A DNA stretch of 64,000 bases from the human T2T-CHM13v2.0 reference genome, Homo sapiens (GCF_009914755.1 NC_060935.1); one strand, 5' to 3'; counted from the first letter of the stretch, positions 45,706-59,296 are shown. A program made the numbers and translations. The notes: generated by a model from the letters alone, not told the origin.

Positions 45706-46012
45706 GGCCAGACGCAGTGGCTCACACCTGTAATCCCAGCACTGTGAGAGGCTGAGGCGGGTGGATCACGAGGTCAAGAGATCGAGACCATCCTGGCCAA
45801 CACAGTGAAACCCCATCTCCACTAAAAATTAAAAAAAAAAATTAGCTGGGCATGGTGGTGCGTGCCTATAGCCCCAGCTACTAGGGAGGCTGAGGCAGAG
45901 AATCACTTAAACCCGGGAAGCGGAGGTGGCGGTGAGCTGAGATTGTTCCGCTGCACTCCAGCCTGGGTGACAGAGCGAGACTCTATCTCAAAAAAAAAAA
46001 AAAAAAGAAAAA
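45706..46012 (+). mobile_element. AluSc-like, full length
   Basis: ggatcacgaggtcaagagatcgagaccatcctggccaac; TSD aaaagaag...ttgaccttctt. Confidence 0.95.
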
Positions 46013-46039
46013 AAAAGAAGCAGTTGACCTTCTTTATAC

Positions 46040-46272
46040 TGAATGAGTGTGAAGGATGGAGCTCAAGCAGAATCTTGATCTATTTTGGGGAAATCAAAGG
46101 CCAAGATAAGTTAAAAGGAACCAGTAAAGGCACCTCAAGTGGCTTATCATTCAGACCACCTATCTTTGAAATTCTTTTTATGAGGGAGATAAATAAATTT
46201 TTATTTTACTTAAGTTAATATTATTTTTTATTTTTGTTTTGCCCCTCATAATTTAACCTCATTCTAAATGAT
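46040..46272 (+). mobile_element. Old MaLR LTR 3' part (MLT1J-like)
   Basis: agaccacctatctttgaaattctttttatgagggagataaataaat..cttaag. Confidence 0.5.
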
Positions 46273-47089
46273 GAATTTCCTAAAATAGTCTCATAAAAAT
46301 GCATGTTTTTGATACTTGGTTTAATTGAACAAGATCACATGCTTTCAGATTCTCCAATGCTGTGCTTTTCTTAACATGTTCTTTTCAATCTCCTGGAAGC
46401 AGTCATTTTATAATGGAAAAGATAATGTTAATAAAGCTGCATGATTCAGTGAGAACACAGACTGTTTCTTTCTGTTAATGAACCATCTTTATACTAACAA
46501 TGATGTAAATATAAAGATGTAAGCATAATAGTGATGTCCACACAGGGTTACCCAGAAGGTAAAAAAGGAATCAAATGCTGAGTTGGTAAAGCTACTTACC
46601 CAAAAAGCCACAGCCATAACAACAGTATAAGGCAAGTGTCTGTGTCCAGCTGCATCACAGTCCTGGACATCACCACCAGTAGAGCGCAATCCATGGTTCC
46701 CAGTGTGAGAACAAAATAAATTTGAATCATACCACTGGCATAAGAGATGTTCTTCTGTGGGCCCCAGAGATTGTACTGTAATTAAAAGATGGAACTGATG
46801 GTGTAGCAGAAATCCAGAAAAGAGAATAAGTACCGAGAGTGTGGGGATGGGAGTCCAGGTATGACAGAATGATGCTGAACAGCTTGCCTATCAGTGTCAT
46901 GAAGCAGAATATCAAGAGAACTACAAAAATAACTATTTCCAGAGGAGGTCAATTAGAAAGACCCAGTAGAATAAAGTAATTTTCAAGACTTATGTTGATA
47001 TTTCCCATTATTATTCATTTTCTGTCACCTGAGCAAAAAAAATCATATACATTCAAAAGAAAAAAAAAGTAAGAAAATGCTCCAAAAAT

Positions 47090-48320
47090 CACAGAGAATC
47101 ATGGAAAATAAACAAGTCATTTTGAAGGGTCTACTATTGTTCAATTCTAGGATAATTTGAACATTGAGAAAAACTGTGATAGTAATGAATTTAACAAACA
47201 AAGAATCATAAAAGCACATACCAATATAAAAAATAAAAGAATAAAGAAATAAATGCTGAAGACAAAGCTATTTCTTAAGTAGAATCCTAAGTAATCCTCA
47301 CTAGAATGATGGAGTTAGAAAAACAGAAATGGATGTTAAAACTATTGGATGAAAATCTGATAAGGAAAAGAATATTTACACAGTTTAAAATATCTCTCCA
47401 CAAACTACTTAGTTCCATAATGAAAAATAGTAAACTTTACAGTAGAAAACAGATCATTTGATATCATGATCGATATTAACCTCACCAATGTTGTAATAGA
47501 CCAATATCATATGCTTGCTGATATGATGCTCTGAACAGGACATAATATCACTTCAATGTTATTCCTGCTGAAAGTGCACAGCCTAATTCTAATAACAAGG
47601 AAACATGGAACAGACTCAAACTGAAAAAAGTTTAACAAATAAGCTCGCCTGTACACTTCAAATACATCAAGGCCAACGAAGACAAAAAAGCTGAGGAACT
47701 AGACTAGATTAAAGGAGATCAATGAAACATTATATCTGCACTAGTCTGTTTTCACGTTGCTGATAAAGGCATGCCCAGGATCTGGTAATTTATAAAGCAA
47801 AAAAGGTTTAATGGACTCACAGTGCCACATGGCTAGGGCGGCCTCACAATCATGGTGGAAAGCAAAAGGCATGTCTTACATGGCGTCAGACAAGACAGAA
47901 TGAGAGCTAAGTGAAAGGAGAAACCCCTTATAAAATCATCAAATCTCGTGAGACTTATTCATTACCACAAGAACAGTATGGGAGAAACCACCTCATGATT
48001 CAATTATCTCCCAGTGGGTCCCTTCCACAACCCATGAGAATTATGGGCTTTACAATTCAAGATGAGATTTGGGTGGGGAAACAGCCAACCCATATCAATA
48101 TCTAAATGTGTGATCCTGAATTCAGGAAAAAAAAAACAGATATTAACAACATTATTAAGAAAATTGGAAAAATCAGAATGTAGACTATGGATTTAGATAA
48201 TAATATTGTATCCATATAAAATTTGCTGATTTTGGTAACTATACAGTGGTCCGTAAAATAACGTTCTTGTTTTTAGGAAATAAACACTGGTATATTCAGG
48301 AAGAAAGGAAAAATGATATA
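47090..48320 (+). mobile_element. L1MC4-like 3' UTR, interrupted by THE1
   Basis: tagtaaactttacagtagaaaac..gacaaaaaagctgaggaact..attaaaggaga | taaatgtgtgatcctgaa..tttttaggaaataaacactg. Confidence 0.75.
47737..48097 (-). mobile_element. THE1B-like solo LTR
   Basis: tgcactagtctgttttcacgttgctgataaag...acagccaacccatatca; perfect 5-bp TSD atatc. Confidence 0.95.
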
Positions 48321-48611
48321 GGCACAAATTAATGATGATTTACAACTAGCTTTTTTTCCTCAAAAAAATAGTTGGCATATGTCTGTGTTTGCATGTGTAT
48401 TTATGTAAGATAGCCAACAATCACAGCATGAAATGGAGTAGAAAAAAATCACATTTTATACTTAAAACTATTTCTTAAAAAAATCACCAACTTTGTATAT
48501 GAGCCAATTACATTAATGATTGAGCCTGTCTCCAAATCGTGCAAATTACGTAATAAATAAGCATCATGTGAAAACATTCATAATGGTCACCGGACTAAAT
48601 AAAAGGAATCT

Positions 48612-48848
48612 TATAGCATGATAGTTTAGACACTAGGATCTTGAATCAAGTAGCCTAGATCCAAATCTCAAAAATGCCAACTCAACTGGGAGCTACTGTC
48701 TCAATATCTGTAAGTGTATTTTCACATATATAAAATGGGACTAATAACAGTATCCACCACAAGCTCAGTCATCTGGGTTAGGAAAGGTCATTTGTATACA
48801 TAGCTTAGCACAATGCATGGAATATGATGGACAGCTAATCAATGATAT
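48612..48848 (+). mobile_element. MIR SINE
   Basis: taaaatgggactaataacagtatccacc..gcttagcacaatgcatgg. Confidence 0.7.
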
Positions 48849-50149
48849 CACAGTATATGTGGCAGATGTTTACATAGGCGCTAAGTGTTCTGTGCGAGAA
48901 AGGTTGGCAGTGACGGCTAATATTTTTTAAAGTAGGTAGCTGAAACCTGTGAACTTTAAAATCTGACTTGCTCAGCTTCCCAAAAATCCCAAAAGTCTAT
49001 GTGACACGTTCCTACAAATTCACAAGAGAAATCCTCCTGGAGGCCAACAGATATAGAAAGGGAAGGGGCAATAAAATGGAATTGTTAAGACCACTTGGGC
49101 AGCCAGATGCCTTTTCTTTAAGAGATGGGGCTGGGGAGCACTGAGCGGTGGCCCATCACATGATATTCACCTGGCAGAAAAGCTTGAAGTGTATGTTAGA
49201 AATTTCTGAACTGAGATGACGAGCTCGAGTTGAGTCAGCCCACGTTGTAAGGTTCTCACAACACTGGCCACTGCAAGATTTAATAATATTATGAGAAAAA
49301 GCCTGAGCAGCAGTAGCTCAGGACAGTGAACCCTAAGGCACCATTCAACCATGTATAAGCAGCAAAGGCTGCCGCCAAACATCGTCTACTTTGGAAGCCC
49401 TCCCAACATTTACAATGTTCACTTACTTTCTTAACTGCATTATAAATTAAAACACATTGTCATTTATCAGGGAATATGCATCATAAATGCATTAGGGGAA
49501 TATCTTAAAAGAAACAAAGGATTATTCTTAACATTAGAATTATGAGTGACCCTTATGAATTTGCTAATTATTTTCCCTTCTGTAGATATTAGCAATGCCT
49601 TTTATCCACATTTGTATTTACATATGCTCACAACACACTCATTTGTGTTCTCTGCATTTACAAACAATTACTTCATAACAGACCTCCTACATAATTCAGC
49701 AGTCTCACTCCAGAGAGTGCAAACCAACCTATTCACACCCTCTCCCTCATGCCACTGACATACTCATGAGAAAGAAAAACAGATCTACTCAAAGATGTGA
49801 TTCAGGAATCTAATTGTCAGTCCATTTCTGTTGCCATAAATTGAGATTTGTCTGGGCATCTTACCATATTTTTGTTTAATCTGCTGTCCCTGTATTCAGT
49901 TCTGATTTTCCATTTCTATCATTCAGTGATGTTGATTTTGTTATAACTCTGCAAAAGACTTGCGTATGTTTCATTGTTTTAAAAAATGAATGTGTTGCTT
50001 TTCACTAGGGAAGGGCTATAAGAAGCAATATATTTAAATAGTATTTTGTTCTAATAATAACTCAGGACAGAGAATGCTGACCACGTTGAACAAAGGGTTA
50101 TGGATTTAAAAAATACTCATTAATATTTTGATACAACCATAAATGTCAT

Positions 50150-50560
50150 CTTTTATTTATTGAATAAATATTTATTAATAATTCAATAAATTGCCAGGCC
50201 CTAGGGATTCTGCTATGAGCAAGATGTCTAAAATTTTATGCCAGGATCTAGGGGATTTAAATTAACAATATACGAACAATTTTTTGAGGTCTCCAACTAA
50301 GTGACAAAGTATAGTTCTGAAATCAAGGCGAAATAAGTGAGTACCTGTTGAAGGAGCTGACAATGGTGTCAGATACTGAAATATAATGGTAGCTGGCAAA
50401 TGCTGTAATAGCTCTATGCACAAAGTGACTGAAGTCACATGGGAGTAGGCTATATAACCCGAATAAGAGGTCTAAGACATTATCTTGGAGCAGACAATGC
50501 TTGGGATGTGTTCACAAGCTGAAGGAGAAATCCAGAATTGAGGAATGGATGGAGGTAAGG
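50150..50560 (-). mobile_element. L2 fragment
   Basis: aataaatatttatt..tgccaggccctagggattctgctatgagcaaga. Confidence 0.5.
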
Positions 50561-50785
50561 CTGGAGAGGGAATATGTGGGCAAAAGAAGGCTGGCTCTTC
50601 CTCAAGGAATCCCACTGGGTGGCATTCCTTATCATAGCAGAGCTGAAAATCCTACTTTGGACAGCACCCTAAGTAAGGAGAGCTTGGCTTCTCAAAGAAC
50701 CCCCTCACTCTTCTTTAGTTGGGCTCAAAATACTGATATGTAAACACCAAATTAATTGACTTATTTGTAACGAAAAATAACTCTT

Positions 50786-51090
50786 GGCCGGGCGCAGTGG
50801 CTCACACCTGTAATCCCAGCACTTTGGGAGGCCAAAGTGGGCGATTCACGAGGTCAGGAGTTCAACACCAGCCTGACCAACATGGTGAAACCCCGTCTCT
50901 GCTAAAAATACAAAAATTAGCCGGGCATGCTGGCAGGCACGTGTAATCCCAGCTACTCAGGAGGCTGAGTCAGGAGAATCGCTTGCGCCCAGGAGGCGGA
51001 GGTTGCAGTGAGCCAAGATCGTGCCACTGCACTCCAGCCTGGGCAACAGAGCAAGAATCTGTCTCGAAGAAAAAAAAAAAAAAAGCAAAG
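50786..51090 (+). mobile_element. AluSg-like, full length
   Basis: Dimer; 16-bp TSD aacgaaaaataactct. Confidence 0.95.
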
Positions 51091-51317
51091 AACGAAAAAT
51101 AACTCTCATGTGGGCTTGTATGCTTATGTAAATATGGACATCATAACCTTTTCCCATAGGTACAACTATACAAGCAGCCAATTAAAATTAGAAGCCTGTT
51201 TGGAGACAGCAGAATCTCCAGAGAACATTAGGATAACATAAGTTGATCCATTTGCTTTCACAATCAAATAGTTGTGTTTTGTCTTTTGTTTAATCAAAGG
51301 AAAAATTCAAATTTCAT

Positions 51318-52083
51318 TTTTTTTAACTTTTATTTTAGGTTTGGGGGTACACATGAGGGTTTGTTATATAGGTAAACTTGTGTCACAAAGGTTTGTTGTA
51401 CATATTATTTCATCACCCAGGTATTAAGCCCTGTACCTATCTTTTCTGCTTCTCTCCCTCCTCCCACCTTCCCACACTTCCACCTCAAGTAGACCCCAGT
51501 GTCTGTTGTTTCCTTCTTTGTGTTCTTAAGTTCTTATGATTTAGCTCCCACTTATAAGTGAGAACATGTGGTATTTGATTTTCTGTTTCTGCATTGGTTT
51601 GCTAAGGATAATAGCTTCCAGCTCCATCCATGCTCCCACAAAAGCGCTCTGTTGCCAGGCTGCAGTGCAGTGGCACAGTCTCGGCTCACTGCAACCTCTG
51701 CCTCCCTGGTTGAAGTGATTCTCCTGTCTCAGCCTCCCAGGTAGCTGGAAATACAGGCGTGCGCCACCATGCCCAGCTAATTTTTGTATTTTTAGTAGAG
51801 ATGGGGTTTCGCCATGTTGGCCAGGCTGTCAATCTCTTGACCTCTTGATCTGCCCATCTCGGCCTCCCAAAGTGCCGGGATTACAGGTGTGAGCCACCGT
51901 GCCCAGCCAGTATCATTCTTTTTTATGGCTGCGTGGTATTCCATGGTCTACACATACCATGTTTGTTTTATCCAATCTATCATTGATGGGCATTTGGGTT
52001 GATTCCATATCTTTGGTATTGTGAATAGTGCAGCAACGAACATTGATGCAATCCCATTACTGAGTATATACCCAGAGGAATAT
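51318..52083 (-). mobile_element. L1PA13/14-like 3' fragment with short 5' inversion
   Basis: Antisense 3' UTR to 52043, then sense-oriented gcaatcccattactgagtatatacccagaggaatat; imperfect TSD aaaaatt(caa/tgt)atttcat-like. Confidence 0.88.
51645..51908 (-). mobile_element. AluSc-like, lacking poly-A tail, nested in L1
   Basis: Begins abruptly at cgctctgttgccaggc; ends gagccaccgtgcccagcc. Confidence 0.92.
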
Positions 52084-52364
52084 AAAAATTTGTATTTCAT
52101 AGGCAAAGGCTTCTTTTTTCCTATGAGAGTGTTTGGAGGGGCTTCAGTAACTACAACTTTTTTTCTATTTATTGTGAGTGCCAGGCAGTGCACTAATTAT
52201 CTGGAACCACTATTTTCCCTTGTAAGACTACTCAGCTAATTTATGGCTGGTCCAAGATGTGAATCCAGATCTGTTTTCAAAACCTGTGTAACATCTATGC
52301 TTCAATAACCAATAAATTTTCCTTCTCATTGGCATATCCTCTACTGAGGCTAGCAGCCCAGATA

Positions 52365-52478
52365 GCAGAATTTGATGGTGGTTTGAAGTACAGATCTGTC
52401 ACTTATTAACTGTGGAGCCTTGTAAAAGACCTTGAACTCTTTGAGCCCCAAGTTTCTAGCAGGTAAAAAACAGAGGAG

Positions 52479-52480
<2 letters not shown>
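52365..52480 (+). mobile_element. MIR fragment
   Basis: ctgtcacttattaactgtggagccttg..aactctttgagccccaagtttc. Confidence 0.65.

Positions 52481-52537
<57 letters not shown>
52481..52537. repeat. Pure (TA)28 microsatellite
   Basis: Uninterrupted TA run of 57 nt. Confidence 0.97.
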
Positions 52538-52539
<2 letters not shown>

Positions 52540-54184
52540 ATACACATATATAAACACACAAACATACATATGTATAGTGTGTATTACAGTACAATTTTTT
52601 AACACAAAGTATCTATTTTTATTATTATAAATTACTTACAAATAGTTCATTTGCAGACTTAGTTATTTTGCATATATCTACTTTCATTCACTAAGTCCTG
52701 CTTTCTTTGTCTCTCAGAGTCATTGTCATTTCCTCTACTCTAAGTCACTGGAGAAAGTCTTTCTGAAAATTATCTCATGCTGACATCCTCTAATACAGTT
52801 AGTGGACTAGACTGCAGGTGATCTAATACATCTACCTGTTCAGAGTGCCCAGAGGGATGAACAATTTCTCACCAGGAAAAAGGTGAGTGATGTCTCCTGT
52901 CAGCTCCTCCCAGTGTGAGGATAAAAAGAATTTGTAATTTTTTAGTACATTTTGTTTTGAAGGGTCTCAAAATTTCTTAAATATAAAGTCACATCAATTC
53001 TCATAACCCCAACCTCAGACTGGTGCATATGATAAAATCTACAACGTAAGGTCAATAATAGTTCCTTGGAAAATCAGCCATGTTTATAGATGACTCTAAT
53101 TGTCACTGTAAGGCAGTAAGGGTTGGTAGCAATTTGCAGAAATGGGGCTCAGTTCAGCAGACAAAACATTAAAATTTGAAAGCTAGTCAGGGTCCTATCA
53201 TTTTGTGCAGTATTTCAAAGGCCAGTATTTCCTGGTTATTTAAATATAATCGGGCAACATACAAGGTGCTAGTCAGTAATGTCATATCTTTTCTTAGAGC
53301 AATAGAAACCATATTATCTCCCCTAGCTTAAATATAAAGCATTTTATACCGTCTTTAGATAAATTATTTTATTTTAAAGGAAGGGACTTTTATTTTCAAG
53401 TTTATTGCTATAGTGCCAAATTTATGATAGTTACCTTCAGCACAGGGCAATAAAGATGACTTGCACTTTCTGTATCCGTTTATGAGGTTTGAGATGTATT
53501 TTTTACGTATATTCATACTATATGTATCAGCTTTGATATTTTATATTCTAACCTATTATACTTATTTGCTCTTTAGTTATATGAAAAATGAGCCCAAAGA
53601 TTTGGGGATGAATTCCTAATAAAAATATTAAATTTTTTGATGTCTATAAATTAACCCTTCTTGGTACACCTCTGAGACCTTTCGTCTCATACTCAGTAGG
53701 AAACATTTATACTTTCATTTATTTTTTCCTCCTCCACAAAAGTGCAGAAATTAATTATATCTTTGAATGCTTGCCTCCAAGGGAGGAAATTTTTCACTGT
53801 ATGTATTTTATGACTGAGCAAAAACTTTTTAAGAGGAATATTATTTACTGTGATTCATCTGTGCCATGTGCATTGCTAAATACATATCAACTAGAAGAGA
53901 ACCCCAAGGGTATAAAATAGGATTTTATCTCTCCATATAAATTTGTAATCCTATGAGTATATTTTACTGTTTTCCCAATTTCTGTAATTTCCACATTTCA
54001 CTTAATAAAAGCTTGAAATTTATTCTTATTTTTCATTTGGTATTTTTTAAACATCCAGATAAGTAATTATTGTTAAAAAGAAATAAAGGTACTTTTACTA
54101 AATTCTTCTCCATTTCAGTAAGTTGCCATGCTATTTTTTGTCTAACGTGTAATGCTACTTTGGAAATGATGAAGTTGTTAAACT

Positions 54185-54365
54185 CGTAGGACCTTAATGA
54201 TCAGCATGTCCAATGACCACATCTCTTTATTTTATAAATGAGGAAAGACCTGAGGTCCTAAAAACTGGAGTTGACTAAGATCACACAGGTAGTCATTAAG
54301 TTTAATTATTATTATTATTAACTAGAGCTTAGAAGCAAGGACTTCTGCCTCCAATTAATTTGCTG
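54185..54365 (-). mobile_element. MIR/MIR3 fragment
   Basis: attttataaatgaggaaagacctgagg..taagatcacacaggtagt. Confidence 0.6.
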
Positions 54366-55864
54366 CACTATTTAGGTTCTGCTCCACTCCCTAAACAAGC
54401 TTAGTGGTGCAAGAGTACTCTGAGGGTTATCTGTTTTTATTAGTTGCATTTTAAAAAATCTACTCATTTGGGCATTAAGTGCTTGGGAAAAAACTGCTTA
54501 TTTGGGCATTAAATCCATTAAAGTCCATCTGTTCTTTGGATCATGAGTGAGCAGAAAAGGCCCGTCACCCTAGACAATGGTGCTTCGTAAATTTTTTTTT
54601 TTTAGACAGCAAGTATGTCAGTCGACAAATGCAGTATCAAGTCTAGATCTTCACCATGATATCTGGTGCTGAGGTTTGCATGGCTTTTGACATGTGAGCC
54701 ACTTGAGGGCAGGAACTCTTTTATTCAGCTTTGTGTCAGACACGTGCTTTCTCTCAGAACATCTTGAAGTAGATTAATTACATAAAACAGAACAGAATCT
54801 ATAGCTGAGGCTGGTCCTTAGCACTGCCATAAATATGAAGCAGAATAAAATATTTTCTATGGAAAATTACTTGAAAGCCAATTCTTCATTCTACAATTGA
54901 GAAGATAGCTCTCAAAGTCAAGATTTATCCCAAAATGACAATAGAACTAGGACTTGGAAAAAAGCCTACTGCGGCTATTGTACAACCACAGCATTTATTT
55001 AAACCCTGACCTTGCTTCTGTCTCATTCAGAGTCGCTATTTGCTGACAATCGTGCTATGAGATAATCTCCCTTGCAGATTTATGTTCTTCCTGGACCTTT
55101 TCTCAGAAAGACATATGCCTTGCTCACAATTTTTTGCATTTCCAGGTACTTTGGCTGCTGCTGTGGTTTTATCTGAACTTCAGCTTTAGTGAATCATTAA
55201 AGCAGTTCTTTGATCTGCCCTACTTGCCTTGCCTGAAGTTGACACAAAGAAAGTACTATTTCTTTTACTCTGGATCATTTTGAACTTTGCCCAGTCTTAT
55301 GATTTACTTTATTCCAGGTAAAACCAACACAATAAAAGTCCCATCTATAATAAAAAGGACATTTATTACCCATGTTTTATAATAAACTGATATCTACTTT
55401 CCATATATATGCACATTCTAAAATTATTTCCATATTTCATAAAAGCAAAATCTCATATATGAAGAGAAAAATACAGTTCTGTATTTGCTCCAAAAATAGA
55501 CACAGGTAACAATTCTCAGCAGGGTTATTACAGTTGATGTCATAGAAATTCCTTCAAATCTTAGTTATTATAACTAATATTAATCACTTTAAACAAGAAT
55601 TTTGAGTTATACATTTTATGAATGATTCCAGGATACTGAAGGTAGTTTTGTGTTCAATACTGAACAAATGTGAGAAAATCAACATTTTCCCTTTTCATTT
55701 TTGCTTCCAAAGAACAGTATTAAACAGTCTTCCTCAATGATATCAGCTCTGCATCCACTTTCTAAGTGGAGTCCAGTGTATTTGGGATCCCCTTACACTT
55801 ACTGAGTGATTCTCTAAATTCTCAGTTCATTTGCAATGTTAATATGGGGAGATAAAATTCTGGC

Positions 55865-56260
55865 ATAAGCCAGGATTCTCAGGCTATGCTGCAGTTGCAA
55901 ACACCAGAATCTCAGTGACTTGACATAATCAAAATTTATTTATTGCTTAAGCTATGGTCACTGTGGGTGAGAGAGATTCTCTAAGGTATCTGCACCCCAA
56001 GCAAGGGCTCAATAATTCATGAGGGCTTTGATCTCCTGCAACCTCCATATTAACATCCAATTTCATCATTGCCATGGCAGAAGAAGAGACGAAAATGCTT
56101 CAGGCTATAATGACCCATTCCACTTTCACTCTCAATCTACTGGTCCATTTCATGTTATATCTCTGTCTAACAGCAAGGGAGCTGAGAGTGTGTAACTCCC
56201 TTATACCTGGAAGGTAAGGAGAACTGAATATAGAGTAGCACGATAAACCCTGATTATACA
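55865..56260 (-). mobile_element. Old MaLR LTR (MLT1K/L-like)
   Basis: aggctatgctgcagttgcaaac..aatctcagtgacttgaca..aaatttatttattgct..ctaacagcaagggagctgag. Confidence 0.65.
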
Positions 56261-57087
56261 ATAAAGTGGTGGTTGAAAATAGCTAAGTGGAAATCATAAA
56301 TCCATTTATGGTAGCATTTACTGTATCCTTAAATTGTGCTCTAAAATACACACAACCAATAACATCCGATATGACAATTTCCAACATGCCTTCGGGTTAT
56401 ATACAATCTTCCTCCTTTAAGTGGGAAATCATTATTATGAATTTCTAAGAAAAGAATGATGAGCATTGGGTAATATAGAGATCAATTAATAAAGCCGCTG
56501 AAGTGTTAAACAGCTATAAGTCACGTTTCTGAGTTCAATGGTAAACAATTAAGCCTCTTTTGCACAATATTTTTAAATGTATTTGGTATACTTTTTATTT
56601 TACATCGTAAGCTTTAGCATATAATCAAGTTGGCTAATATTTTGAGTGATTATTGGCAGCACATGTTTGTTAAGTCTGCTCAAATATATTAATAGTTTGG
56701 AACTCATTGTTAGGTCCACTGCTGAATATTATTTTTTGAGCCAAGAAGTCAAGTGGGTAAATTTTGCCACCACAGGGAATCATTTTGTGCAGAATTAGTG
56801 AGAGATAAAAATATATGTTTTTAATATAACCCTTACTTGAGACTTATCAATCATACAGTGCTGGGTCTATGTGTTAGGATGATTGCATTAGCATTAACTT
56901 GAAAAAATGGGAACTATAGGTCAAAAACATCCTTGACTTCCTCTCTAAAGTGCCTATTTATATCTGTTTAGATGAGAGACTGAAACCAATAATACTAGAA
57001 ATTTAAAGTATACAGAAACTTTCATTCTATTTTGTAAAAACCTGGGTCTCATGGTGGTTTATTTTTAAATAAGAATTTTAAATATAA

Positions 57088-57439
<352 letters not shown>

Positions 57440-58574
57440 TAGTAGATACTATTTTTCAAGTTACTATCACCTACTCTATTATACATCTGGAAATGTTATT
57501 AAATACATACAATAGACCAGTACAAATGGTGTTTTTGGTAAACAAAAATGATTATTTTGTAAAAGAAAAAATAAGTGTTTAATTCAAATAGTGCTTGTAA
57601 AGGGTTAAAGTCATTTTATTGTTTTTTTATTGTTATTGTTTTGCACTAATAGATGGGAAAACTCTTCCAGATTTAGTTTAATTGATTAGAATATTTTGGC
57701 AGTAAAAATATAGGGTATACTTGCTATGCATTTTTTTTTTTATTATTAAAGCAACGTTTTTACAGAAAATTCCTATTCCCTAAACAATTTATTTTTTTCT
57801 GGCTTGCTGTTTTTGTGAGATAAGTTCTTCTATAAAGAACATCAGCCTATATTACAATAATCATGAAGGTGAGTTTTGCTATGAGTCTATTCCTATTTCC
57901 AATTCTACTGTAATATTGAGAAATATATCTATAAATTATAATAATTTTCCCTAATGTTCACCAGCCTTTTCTACTTCTATAGATGATATGTGTAGGTCCT
58001 GACCATTGCTCAAATATGCCACCACTACAGCCCAAGTTTAATAATGGGAAGGAAATGCAAGTTCTAAAAGCATGTTTCTTACATATCTAATTGTAAACTA
58101 TTATAAATGATGATAATAATCACACTGAGTCTCGAAGGATGGCATTGTCTTTGAAACACTAGGGACCTTGTCTTCATGTTTGCCAGTCCACAAACTAAAA
58201 TATATAAACAGGGTTCCCAGACTTTGGAGTTTATTGACACCAAATTCACAAGAAGGTGATACATAAACCAGAATATTTGTTCGTTTACAGTTATGTTGGG
58301 GGACATCTAGTCGATATTTCTAGCACTCTTTTCTAATTACCTGGATTATATTTAAGGATGTAGGGCTTTCCATGGTGCTTATAATTTAAATGGGAAAGCA
58401 AAATGTACAAAATGACAACAAAACATAAAACAACCACAGGATATTTTAAATGTGAATGCTACAAAACCTCACAGCCATGTAGCGGTTTCTGTAGAACGGA
58501 ATGAGGGCAAATTATTTGAAGGAGGTGTGTTTAATTTATATTTTTTTATCAATTTAAAATGTAGAATCATTATT

Positions 58575-59296
58575 TTTTTCCAGTTATAACCCACAGAAAC
58601 AAAACTAAAACAAATCGGAGAAAGTGAGTTGTTACTGTCTATACACATATAATTTCAAATTATTAAAGCATGCTATCATCCTCAAGACTACCACACTCTC
58701 CAACCTGCATCTCTACATCGCCCACCTTCTGCTGAGGCCTAATATCATGCATTTGGGGGAAGAATCTGTTTTGTTTATTTTATTTATTTATTTATTTATT
58801 TTTAAGTAGAAAGGAATTTATTGGCTCATACAGCTGTAAAGTCTACGGGTGGAGATGTTTGCATTTAAGCCTGACTAAATCCAGAAGTTTAAACAATAAT
58901 ATCAGCGTATCCATCCTGTGGTTCTATTTGTATTTGCATTTCTCCTCTTGATGGCCTCATTCTTTCATGCCTTAGACAAGATCTCAAAGAAGCTTACTCA
59001 GATCTTGGTGCTTACAGCCTACAATCCACAAGGCAGCGATATTTTGTCTCTCCAGCATCTACATTTGAAATCTTGGTGGAAGCTGTAATTGTCCCATCTT
59101 AGTTTATGTGATTATCATTTGAACCAATTACTAAAGATAAAATATTGGAATACCATGATGGGATTAACTCCCAGTCCTATGCCCACTGCTGTCATTCAGA
59201 GGCTAGCCATAACCATATGAGATGGGTGGTGTGGTGCTGGTAAAGCCTGATAGAAATTGATGTACTGAGCAGAAAAAGATTCTAAATATCAACTAT
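58575..59296 (-). mobile_element. Old MaLR LTR (MLT1K-like)
   Basis: aaaggaatttattggctca..aatccagaag..ggcctcattct..tgaaccaattac..gcagaaaa..aaatatcaacta. Confidence 0.6.
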
